In this document: positions 27,500 through 35,595 of the stretch, piece by piece
How the letters are laid out: each line of letters starts with the position of its first letter
Position numbering within the stretch: position 1 is the stretch's first letter
IMG/VR virus record: IMGVR_UViG_3300024308_000188
Location: 150,527 to 214,526 of that record
DNA: 64,000 bases
Strand: one strand, 5' to 3'
Notes under the pieces: generated by a model
What the model saw: the letters and a program-made list of their open reading frames with translations, nothing else
Database searches by the model: none
What the model was told of the DNA's origin: nothing
Made by a program: the position numbers and the translations under genes

Positions 27500-27526
27500 A
27501 AGGGCGGCCCAGTGTCGCCCTTTTTT
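27500..27526 (+). terminator. Rho-independent terminator
   Basis: AAGGGCG...CGCCCTT stem followed by T6. Confidence 0.8.
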
Positions 27527-27541
27527 ATTAGGAATTTCATT

Positions 27542-27844
27542 ATGAATATTCAACTTGTACATTCCTCAGTTTTAACCGTTAATCATTTTGTACGCAATCA
27601 AATGGCAGGAGAACTTACTGTTGTTTTATGTGATACAAGCGATACACTAGAAGCCCAGCGCTATATGGAAACCTTCAAAAAGAAAGTCCAACAGGTAATG
27701 CCGCTTATGGTTCCAGATAAGTTAAGTTGCTACTGCTATACAAATGGCCGCCTTAATTGCAGAAAGCTACACAGGAATCTTTCTACCTTTATTCAAAATC
27801 ATCCAGACCAGAAATTAATTAATCAACGAGCCGAGTGGCATTAG
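27542..27844 (+). CDS. Hypothetical protein
   Basis: ATG 27542 follows AGGAA; 27512 lies within the terminator. Confidence 0.65.
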   Translation: MNIQLVHSSVLTVNHFVRNQMAGELTVVLCDTSDTLEAQRYMETFKKKVQQVMPLMVPDKLSCYCYTNGRLNCRKLHRNLSTFIQNHPDQKLINQRAEWH

Positions 27845-27849
27845 TAAAA

Positions 27850-27857
27850 CTGTAAAT
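27850..27857 (+). promoter_or_regulatory. CTGTAAAT motif
   Basis: Intergenic, before AGGAG SD and ATG 27883. Confidence 0.45.
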
Positions 27858-27882
27858 CTTTCTTTAGTAACAGGAGAGATTT

Positions 27883-28584
27883 ATGATATGCACTTTATAT
27901 TCGTGTGGTTGCAGTAACACAGCTAAAAAGCAAGGGCCAGATTTCTGTGACATACATGGAAGGCAGTATATAATCAGAGGCAGCTGGCCGAATCCTTTAA
28001 AGAAAAGAAAGTTTGTGCGCGATAAGTATTCTGTTTATTTATGTGCTAATCCAGAAGATGTGCCGTTCAAACCTGTGATAACAGATCTTGTTGTCATAAA
28101 CAATATGTATGACTTAACAGTCGAAAACATAAAGCATTTCTTTGGTGGAAATAAAGTTCTTTGTTTGCTCTTAGAAAACATGAAAGCAGAATCTGACATA
28201 AGATCTTTTATTTTTGCTGGCGTCCCTATGAACATGGGTACTGTAGGAAAAAGTTTCCAGTTTGTGGACATACATACAGTAGAAAATGGATCTATTATTT
28301 CAGAATACAAAACGCTTTCTGGAATACTCGCTCCGAAAAAGCTTGAAGAATTTGCTGAGTGTCATCGCAGCGTTGGTTGCTTTTTTGAAAAGTGGCTTAT
28401 TACACAAGTTAAGCCAAAACGAGTTGTTCACGTAAATGCTAAATCTTTACGTTGGTTAAAAGCAGCTAAAGAAACTGAAACTCCTTACACAGCGCAAACT
28501 GTAAATCCATTAGTATACAATCTAATGGTCGATTCGGATAAATTGGAAAGAATTCAATTATCCGAACATGGGATAATCAAATGA
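27883..28584 (+). CDS. Hypothetical protein with N-terminal Cys/His finger; possible degenerate N4/N6 DNA methyltransferase fold
   Basis: CTLYSCGC..FCDIH; TDLVVINNMY where DLIITDPPY is expected (fold call weak). Confidence 0.65.
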   Translation: MICTLYSCGCSNTAKKQGPDFCDIHGRQYIIRGSWPNPLKKRKFVRDKYSVYLCANPEDVPFKPVITDLVVINNMYDLTVENIKHFFGGNKVLCLLLENMKAESDIRSFIFAGVPMNMGTVGKSFQFVDIHTVENGSIISEYKTLSGILAPKKLEEFAECHRSVGCFFEKWLITQVKPKRVVHVNAKSLRWLKAAKETETPYTAQTVNPLVYNLMVDSDKLERIQLSEHGIIK

Positions 28585-29549
28585 ATAAAATCAAACCTAA
28601 TCCGGTTATAGATATTATTGACGGCCACAACTGGCTTAATCGAGCATATTACTCCAGTTTAAAGAACAAGGGAATGACGTTAAAGGACGGAACACCTACC
28701 GGAGCAGCTAAAACTTTTTGCGTTATGCTAAATGCTCTTATTCGCAGAAGATTAGCGTCACGAGGTCAAGTTATTTTAGCTGTTGTATTTGACCACAAAA
28801 AAGGTTCGGACAAGCGCAAGAAAATAATGCGCGATTTCATGGAAAAGCGTTTACGCGGAGAAGATGCTGCTAAATTTCCAGAAAAATATTTAAGTGGTTA
28901 TAAAGGTAATCGTTTTTCTGACGGTGACGATGCTAAAAGTATTGCACTTCGCCCACAATTAAAAATGATTATTGATATTTTGACTGCGCGTGGAATTCAC
29001 CCTATAACTTCTGTTCACGGTGAGGCCGACGATATTATAGGAAGCTTGTGTTTCCAACTAAAATGTCGTAAATATATTTGGAGTCGTGACGGTGATTTCG
29101 CTCAGTTATTAAAACCTGATACAAGGTTACGTTTACCAAAACAAGACAACAGTGAAGAACAAGATATTACATATCAAAGTTGTCTTGAAAAGTATGGCGT
29201 TATTCCTCCAATGTTTGTGGATCTTTTGGCACTGACAGGAGATCAGAGCGATAACATTCCAGGCATTCCAGGCGTCGGAGATAAAACAGCTATCGAATTG
29301 TTGATGCAGTATGAAGATCTTGATTCTATATTCCAAGCAGAACATAAAGGCGCTTTGGGAAAAAAACTCAAAGATCCATTTTATCAAGATCTTTGTTTTA
29401 TGTGCAGAGATTTAGTTGAGATCAAGAAAGACTTAAAGGTAGATACACGATTATCGACCTATCTGTTGGAACCTTGGTCTAAAAAAGTCGAACGAAAAGT
29501 TCGTTCTGTAGAAAAACAGTTTGAGTTCAAAGAAACATTCAACTGTTAG
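28581..29549 (+). CDS. 5'-3' exonuclease / flap endonuclease (PolA N-terminal-like)
   Basis: IIDGHN, VVFD, YKGNR, EADDIIG, SRDGDFAQL, LTGDQSDNIPGIPGVGDKTA. Confidence 0.93.
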   Translation: MNKIKPNPVIDIIDGHNWLNRAYYSSLKNKGMTLKDGTPTGAAKTFCVMLNALIRRRLASRGQVILAVVFDHKKGSDKRKKIMRDFMEKRLRGEDAAKFPEKYLSGYKGNRFSDGDDAKSIALRPQLKMIIDILTARGIHPITSVHGEADDIIGSLCFQLKCRKYIWSRDGDFAQLLKPDTRLRLPKQDNSEEQDITYQSCLEKYGVIPPMFVDLLALTGDQSDNIPGIPGVGDKTAIELLMQYEDLDSIFQAEHKGALGKKLKDPFYQDLCFMCRDLVEIKKDLKVDTRLSTYLLEPWSKKVERKVRSVEKQFEFKETFNC

Positions 29550-29563
29550 CGAGGGGAAATATT

Positions 29564-30238
29564 ATGACAACATTAGAACAAAGACTTCAACAGCTGGTTA
29601 AAGGTGGCTTGGGCTGCAAAACAAATTCAGTTAACTATATGATAACCGATCATTTCTTGGACGCTATAGTACACAGCGTAAGAAATAATTTTTCTGATTT
29701 GGTTGTTGCCTCAAATACGTCCCATGTTCCTAAAGGTCTTGTGGGTTCTTTGCATAAGTTTATACCTGAACTTATTAAAGCAGAAGCTGCTTGCAAATTC
29801 ACCGGACGTACTGCACTAGGAAAGCATTTTAAATATTCTTGCTATCCGGCTTCAGAGTTACCTAACATAGTTGACCAGAGAAATGCCGGACGCAAACTCG
29901 ATATTACTACAATATTCGTGCAAAATACTTTTGGACACAAAGTTCCAGATAATAAAGTTCACCACGTTGATCTGGATTCTGTAGAATCTGGCTTTAATCA
30001 ATTGTTGGAAGATTTTGATAAACCGACCAACATCGGACTTTATTTTTTCGGTAACGATTCTTCTTATGGTACACCTTGGGAAGAAATAGAAGATGCTTTA
30101 AATCGGTCTTTTGATGGTACTCGCCACAACTTAACAGTTTTCCTTCCTGCATCTGTTGTTCGAGATCATAATTTTTTCAAAAGACTGAGTTTGACTTCAG
30201 TTCCTAAGTATTACAGCAAAGTCAAAAACAAAAACTAA
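29564..30238 (+). CDS. Macrodomain-like protein, apparently degenerate
   Basis: Pattern VASN..KGLVGSL..FIPE..ALGK..IFVQNTFG..VDLDSVE..F..FFG..PWEEIEDAL..LTVF follows phage macrodomain layout; Gly-rich loops altered. Confidence 0.5.
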   Translation: MTTLEQRLQQLVKGGLGCKTNSVNYMITDHFLDAIVHSVRNNFSDLVVASNTSHVPKGLVGSLHKFIPELIKAEAACKFTGRTALGKHFKYSCYPASELPNIVDQRNAGRKLDITTIFVQNTFGHKVPDNKVHHVDLDSVESGFNQLLEDFDKPTNIGLYFFGNDSSYGTPWEEIEDALNRSFDGTRHNLTVFLPASVVRDHNFFKRLSLTSVPKYYSKVKNKN

Positions 30239-30290
30239 AAAGTTTGGGGGCTTAGGCTCCCAACCTGTTAGTTCTGATAACAGGTGAATC

Positions 30291-31124
30291 ATGATCACTC
30301 AATTTTCAGCTAATGAAGCTGTTCGTTGTTTTATAAGTCAAGAGTCCTCAGACTTGTCTTTGTTAGAAGATAATTCGGAGGCTTTAGAGAGACTCACAAC
30401 AAAATACAATCGTACTTATATCTTCAAGGTAACTAAAGATCGTATTGATTGCTTTAGTACAAGCATGACACGAGTTATGAATGCCGTGCTTTATCATGGA
30501 TATGATATTCCTTGCTATTTGGTTCCTGCTTCCTCAAATTCTTTAACTGACAGGCTGGCTAGACTTATCGAGCATAGTGAATTAATAAATACATTGAGAA
30601 GCAATTTTACAGAAAGCTTTGTTACCGTTACAAAAATAGAAGATACTTGGTATTTCAAATATGGCCATAAAGATTCTATTTCTGATAAAGCGTTAACATC
30701 TTTTGGATTTCCAATTTGTTCAAAGTTAAATCGCTTAATTGATTCTCAGCTTGATGTGTCGGGCATAGGTAAAATTTTTCTGATAAAAGATCAGACTCTT
30801 ATGTTGAACGTACAGTCTTTGCTTGAAATGAAATATTCATTTGATTTAATTGAAAGCAGAGCCGAAAACAAATCCACCTCTGACGAAATGGATATTTGGC
30901 GTTTGACATCTTGGATGAATGAATATGCTCTTTTCATATACAGAACTTACGACCTTGATATTTGCACTAGCTTGAGCGGTAAATATTTTGGATTAAATCA
31001 CGACAGAGTTTGCATTAAGTCTATTGACGGGCATTTACGCATTGTAAGTAATTCAAGCCCAAGACATCACGACTTGCATTATCTTCATATTTTAAATCAA
31101 GTAGAAGCCATAATGGAGGCTTAG
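30291..31124 (+). CDS. Hypothetical protein
   Basis: 277-aa ORF; CAGGTG SD. Confidence 0.75.
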   Translation: MITQFSANEAVRCFISQESSDLSLLEDNSEALERLTTKYNRTYIFKVTKDRIDCFSTSMTRVMNAVLYHGYDIPCYLVPASSNSLTDRLARLIEHSELINTLRSNFTESFVTVTKIEDTWYFKYGHKDSISDKALTSFGFPICSKLNRLIDSQLDVSGIGKIFLIKDQTLMLNVQSLLEMKYSFDLIESRAENKSTSDEMDIWRLTSWMNEYALFIYRTYDLDICTSLSGKYFGLNHDRVCIKSIDGHLRIVSNSSPRHHDLHYLHILNQVEAIMEA

Positions 31125-31126
31125 TT

Positions 31127-31582
31127 TTGCAGATACAACCTTATTCAAGTACAACTTGGTGGCGTGATATTTTAAATCAATCGCTGCCTTCCCATCTTTT
31201 GCTTGTCGATGTTCAGTTGACAGAGTTTCCTGTAAGTACATCCAAGCATTGGGGTAAGCTTGAGTTGATTCAAGATCCTGAAGATCAAGAGTCGCAGAGT
31301 TACAATGAGTATCTTCAATCTTTTATAGATGAAGGAAATATTTTTAATTATGGTGCAGAACGTCTTGAAGATTGCACTTTGTTTATGACAGTAGCTACTG
31401 TGATAATGGAAAAACAAGACGGCGAATTATTTGCTCAAATTGAAATTCCTCTTGTTATTGATCAGACTACAGTAAGTCCTGATGTAGTTGGTATAAGAAA
31501 AACTGTTCTTACCACTGTCAAAACGCAGTTAGATGAATTGTTATCTGATATTCCAGAATTTATTCCTCACAGGCTAAACTAA
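31127..31582 (+). CDS. Hypothetical acidic protein
   Basis: TTG start after GGAGG; 151 aa. Confidence 0.7.
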   Translation: MQIQPYSSTTWWRDILNQSLPSHLLLVDVQLTEFPVSTSKHWGKLELIQDPEDQESQSYNEYLQSFIDEGNIFNYGAERLEDCTLFMTVATVIMEKQDGELFAQIEIPLVIDQTTVSPDVVGIRKTVLTTVKTQLDELLSDIPEFIPHRLN

Positions 31583-31583
31583 G

Positions 31584-32264
31584 ATGAAAGCAAAACAACT
31601 ATTAGCTGAGTACGGAAAGTGTTACAGCATTGTTCACCGCACAGCAAACTCAAAATTCAATACAACGATGGGTGTTGTTTGTGAGTGCGAAAAACGACTT
31701 GAATCTATTACAAATGAATTGATTAAGTTACCTGAAAAATCTCAGTACGCAAGTCCTTATGTTCGTATTCGTTATGGAAATCGGTTATGCACTATTGATG
31801 AACTTGCTTCTGCTTTTGATTGTTCACCAGTTTATATAGCTGCATATTATGGAATTTATGGTGCTGATATTAAAGGTATGTTACGCGATCTTGGTCGTGA
31901 CTACATTGAATACCACGGCCACCACTATGATCTTTTAGAGATAGGGAATAGAATAAATGTTCCTTGGTCGCTAATGAAAGACATTGAAGATCCAGAAGTT
32001 TTGTACAAGCTGCATGATCACTATCTGAGAATTTTATTCATAGATAAAAATGTTTCTCACGGCAAACCAAATAAAGAACCTTCTGAGAAAATTAAAAAGG
32101 AATACGATATTATACTGAAGAAAATTCTTCAGGCATTTAATACACTTCCTAAGCTTGAAAGTTACTTGGCGGATAAAGCAAAATGTAATTCTGCCGCGCA
32201 AGCACGTAGCGTTAAACGTAGGGCAAAACCTGCCGATATTTTTGATAACATTGATAGAGGATAA
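31584..32264 (+). CDS. Hypothetical protein with two repeated small DNA-binding-like modules
   Basis: IRYGNRLCTIDELASAFDCS / IEYHGHHYDLLEIGNRINVP. Confidence 0.65.
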   Translation: MKAKQLLAEYGKCYSIVHRTANSKFNTTMGVVCECEKRLESITNELIKLPEKSQYASPYVRIRYGNRLCTIDELASAFDCSPVYIAAYYGIYGADIKGMLRDLGRDYIEYHGHHYDLLEIGNRINVPWSLMKDIEDPEVLYKLHDHYLRILFIDKNVSHGKPNKEPSEKIKKEYDIILKKILQAFNTLPKLESYLADKAKCNSAAQARSVKRRAKPADIFDNIDRG

Positions 32265-32267
32265 TTC

Positions 32268-33074
32268 ATGTTTTTCACAAACTCAAATCCGTATATGACC
32301 GCTACTGAAGCCAAAGTGAACTTGAATCCAAAGGGATTTATTTTGGTTGAACAGCAGGTAAGTGCCGAAGAAGTACATCAAACTCTTTTAGATCGTTACC
32401 GTGATAAAGATGGTGATGGTTACTTAGATATTAATCCTGACGAACTTTTAAGCGACAACTTTAAATATAAAGAGTTGATTCGTAGTGATAACGCCACTAA
32501 GTATGGCCTTGAAAATCGTGTACCTGCCAACATGATTCACATTGTTGAAAATGCACGTTACACAGCTAAAACTTGTTTGGAAGTTATTCGTAATAAGTTT
32601 GGCGGCTTCACACCTAACAGTTGGTATCGCGGCCCTGAAGTTGAGTACATGGCTACCTATAAAGACGGCTTTAGTAAATACGTTACAAAGTCTTATCGTC
32701 GCAGCAACAACAGTGAGCCTACAGCCGCTGAATTAGTTACCATAATTAATTCAACTATGTATCATCGTGATTTAGTTCGGAATGCACTGAATTCAAAAAC
32801 TCACACGTATGCGATTATTTTAGAACTTTGGGATCGCTATTACGCTGGCAAGCAGCATCCGTTAGGTGAAGCTGTTGATCTTGAAGTTACTAAGAGTGGA
32901 AGTAATGGCTCATTGTTTAACTGGATCAAAAACGACAGTAAGATTCAGTACGATCAGTTGATTCTGGAATTTCACAAACCAAATATGGGTGCATTTACTG
33001 GTTGGGTTCATATTAGCACAACGGAAACCGCACGTACTGGTAAAAAGAATCGGTTGAGCGCATTCAGCATTTAA
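32268..33074 (+). CDS. Peptidase M15A-family Zn metallopeptidase (candidate peptidoglycan hydrolase)
   Basis: LSDNFKYKELIRS, SWYR, QHPLGEAVD, DQLILE, WVHIS. Confidence 0.85.
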   Translation: MFFTNSNPYMTATEAKVNLNPKGFILVEQQVSAEEVHQTLLDRYRDKDGDGYLDINPDELLSDNFKYKELIRSDNATKYGLENRVPANMIHIVENARYTAKTCLEVIRNKFGGFTPNSWYRGPEVEYMATYKDGFSKYVTKSYRRSNNSEPTAAELVTIINSTMYHRDLVRNALNSKTHTYAIILELWDRYYAGKQHPLGEAVDLEVTKSGSNGSLFNWIKNDSKIQYDQLILEFHKPNMGAFTGWVHISTTETARTGKKNRLSAFSI

Positions 33075-33077
33075 TAT

Positions 33078-33097
33078 ACGAGGCCGCAGCCTCGTTT
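33078..33097 (+). terminator. Hairpin ACGAGGC-cgca-GCCTCGT-TT
   Basis: 7-bp stem with short T tail after the peptidase. Confidence 0.55.
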
Positions 33098-33113
33098 CCT
33101 ATTGGAGATTCTT

Positions 33114-33332
33114 ATGTTTGAGTATCAAACTCCTCAATTGTTTCAAGCCGATGATATTCGGGACTCTGAAACGCAAACACAAATTACTCGTCAGGGTGCA
33201 AGTTGTTGGACTGCTTCTCGTCCATTATCGCTTCCAAGTTTACGTACTCGTTTAAGTTTAGCTTGGAAAGTATTTACTGGACAAGCTGATGCTTTAGTGT
33301 GGCGTGGAGATCAGGGAAAACAAACAAAATGA
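33114..33332 (+). CDS. Small phage protein (RLSLAWKVFTGQADAL type)
   Basis: GGAG SD; motif recalled from small phage hypothetical proteins. Confidence 0.7.
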   Translation: MFEYQTPQLFQADDIRDSETQTQITRQGASCWTASRPLSLPSLRTRLSLAWKVFTGQADALVWRGDQGKQTK

Positions 33333-33457
33333 TGTATATGAAAAAGATGAATCCTTTTATTCGTGCTGTACTTATTTACATTGCAAGTACAATTGTAGTA
33401 TCTACTTTACTCGTGGCAAGCAACGCACTCAGTTATGTAGCAAAAGAACTAGATTAA
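33329..33457 (+). CDS. 42-aa single-pass membrane peptide (absent from ORF track)
   Basis: ATGA overlap with upstream stop; MMYMKKMNPFIRAVLIYIASTIVVSTLLVASNALSYVAKELD. Confidence 0.6.
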   Translation: MMYMKKMNPFIRAVLIYIASTIVVSTLLVASNALSYVAKELD

Positions 33458-33472
33458 AGGTTACGGCACTCT

Positions 33473-33988
33473 ATGACTTCAGATCAATTTTGGACAATTT
33501 ACAACATGATCAAGGCCAAGCCTGTAATAAGTAAAAGTGTACATGCTGTGCATGACGTCTTGTGTGGTAGCCTGTCTGTTAGTGAATCCGCTGCTAAATA
33601 TGGTGTGAGTATTCCAGTTGTTTTTGATGGTGTAAAGCGCTACACTAAATATCACGCTGATTTATGTATAGCCTATGGTTATTCGGATCGTGAGATAATT
33701 CAGTTACGTATTGCTTCATCTTCGCGTGATTGGATTTTAATGCAACGTCCGTTTGCTGCACGTAATTATAAATTTGTTGCTGAGCTTGCGTTAAAATCTG
33801 ATCCAAACGCGAAAACGGCAATGATAGACAACTTTATTGCAAGCGTGATTAAACTTGTTAAACAAAACAAGTGCATTCAACCTGATGTGAAGTTAAGGGC
33901 TTTAGTTTACAGTTGGCACAGCATTCCAGCAATGGATGCGTTAAACTCTTTGGAATTGAAACCTCAACCGCAGCAATTAGTCTGTTAA
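33473..33988 (+). CDS. TrfB/KorA-like HTH transcriptional regulator
   Basis: MTSDQF...AVHDVLCGSLSVSESAAKYGVSIPVVFDGVKRY resembles KorA MTESQF..IARGVLVDG....A..LGLT..AVSQAV. Confidence 0.55.
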   Translation: MTSDQFWTIYNMIKAKPVISKSVHAVHDVLCGSLSVSESAAKYGVSIPVVFDGVKRYTKYHADLCIAYGYSDREIIQLRIASSSRDWILMQRPFAARNYKFVAELALKSDPNAKTAMIDNFIASVIKLVKQNKCIQPDVKLRALVYSWHSIPAMDALNSLELKPQPQQLVC

Positions 33989-34001
33989 AGGAATTAATTT
34001 A

Positions 34002-34208
34002 ATGTCAACAAGCTCTAATGTTCCACCGCATCCAGAAATTAAATATTTCCCCACTGGAAATTCACGATTGCGCCCTCACACTTTAGAAGATGGCACTGTT
34101 TTGCTTGTATATCAAATTGAGTTGGCTTCAAATATGAATCAAGTTAAAATATATCGTGACGCCACTGTGCAAGATTTATCTCTTAATATTCCTCTTGTAA
34201 AAAACTAG
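34002..34208 (+). CDS. Small hypothetical protein
   Basis: AAGGA SD; 68 aa. Confidence 0.65.
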   Translation: MSTSSNVPPHPEIKYFPTGNSRLRPHTLEDGTVLLVYQIELASNMNQVKIYRDATVQDLSLNIPLVKN

Positions 34209-34223
34209 AAAAGGAAATCAATT

Positions 34224-34745
34224 ATGAAAATTTTGGTATCTTTAAATAAAAATAAACCTAAGTCTTTTCCTCAGAAAAGTGCTCAAGTAATTTGCGGCTT
34301 TCCTGGAATTGGTAAAACTCATTTCTTCAATCGCCAGCAAGAGTTGGGATTTACTGTTATGGACAGCGATAGTTCAAAATTCCCTAAAGATGATTTTCCG
34401 GCAAATTACATTAAACACATTGAAGAAGCTCGTTACCAGTGCGATTATTTACTCGTTAGTTCGCATGATGCTGTACGCCAAGCTTTGGTAGATGCTGGAA
34501 TTGAATTCACTTTGATTTATCCAGAAAAGAATTTAAAAGTAGAGTACATGCAGCGTTATGCTAAGCGTGGATCTCCAAAAGAATTCTTAACCATGATGAA
34601 CAAGAACTGGGCAAATTTTTTAACCAGTTGTGTTGATCAACAAGGTTGCACTCATGTTGTGTTAAAAGCAAAACAATTTATGTCGGATGTGATTGGCACA
34701 CAGGAGAAAGTTGATGAATTTACAACAGATGAAAGTCAGGGTTAG
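34224..34745 (+). CDS. P-loop nucleotide-kinase-like protein
   Basis: VICGFPGIGKT, DSDSSKF, lid RY.KRG. Confidence 0.75.
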   Translation: MKILVSLNKNKPKSFPQKSAQVICGFPGIGKTHFFNRQQELGFTVMDSDSSKFPKDDFPANYIKHIEEARYQCDYLLVSSHDAVRQALVDAGIEFTLIYPEKNLKVEYMQRYAKRGSPKEFLTMMNKNWANFLTSCVDQQGCTHVVLKAKQFMSDVIGTQEKVDEFTTDESQG

Positions 34746-35586
34746 AAACTGGCTTACTAATTGTTTTGGTGTTGAACACACAAATGACAAAAGTGAACGC
34801 AGTTTTCGTTTTGCAGAAGAATGTGTAGAATTGTGTCAGGCTATAGGTTTATCGCGTGACCAAATGAATAGTATTTTAGATCACGTTTATAGCCGACCAA
34901 AAGGTGAAGTAGATCAGGAAGCAGCAGGTACACTGATCACATTATTATCAGTGTGTGATTTGCATAGCGTTTCACTTGAATCAATTTTTAAAAGTGAAAT
35001 GAATCGCGCTGAAAATAATATTGAGGCTATTCGTGCTAAGCATAATACAAAACCTGCACATTTGGCCAAACATATTTCTTATTCACAAAATCAAGAAATT
35101 TTAAATCGATCAAAGATAAAGCACGTTACTAAGAAATTGTGTGATTTCTTTAACGCACCTATTTCCTTTGCTTTTCACATGGGAACCGCATCTTCGGAAT
35201 ATTTCGCAATAAGTGTTAAATCTATTTCAGCAGTTATTCAGGCAGATCCTACATTGCTGGACATAAGGGTATATAAAGAGTGGCGCGAAAAACAACCAAA
35301 ACTGTTTTTCTTGGATTCTTATACCACTATAGAAAGAATCACCGGCATCTTTGAAGGCATTAAACTTGATAAGAAACAGACTAAATTTTGGGTAACTCGC
35401 ATTGCACCAAACTCAAAAGATTTGAATAATATAGTAGAGCTTACGGAAGCTCTGGACTTGGACTCAATTGGTTTTTGCTTACAAGGAATTGCATTTCCAA
35501 AGGTTGTTCAGTGTGAGTTCGGTAGCCCTGTTCCATCAGACAATGAATACTTATTTATATTCAATAAACAAATATTGAATGACTGA
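34714..35586 (+). CDS. MazG-like nucleotide pyrophosphohydrolase fused to an unknown C-terminal domain
   Basis: ATG 34714 after AGGAG; ERSFRFAEECVEL...QEAAGTLITL (EExxE...E pattern). Confidence 0.65.
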   Translation: MNLQQMKVRVRNWLTNCFGVEHTNDKSERSFRFAEECVELCQAIGLSRDQMNSILDHVYSRPKGEVDQEAAGTLITLLSVCDLHSVSLESIFKSEMNRAENNIEAIRAKHNTKPAHLAKHISYSQNQEILNRSKIKHVTKKLCDFFNAPISFAFHMGTASSEYFAISVKSISAVIQADPTLLDIRVYKEWREKQPKLFFLDSYTTIERITGIFEGIKLDKKQTKFWVTRIAPNSKDLNNIVELTEALDLDSIGFCLQGIAFPKVVQCEFGSPVPSDNEYLFIFNKQILND

Positions 35587-35595
35587 GGGTAAATT

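Noticed and set aside
33304-33534. 76-aa ORF from the track
   Set aside because: Overlaps both neighbours, Cys/Tyr-rich shadow composition; the 33329-33457 TM frame with ATGA coupling fits better.
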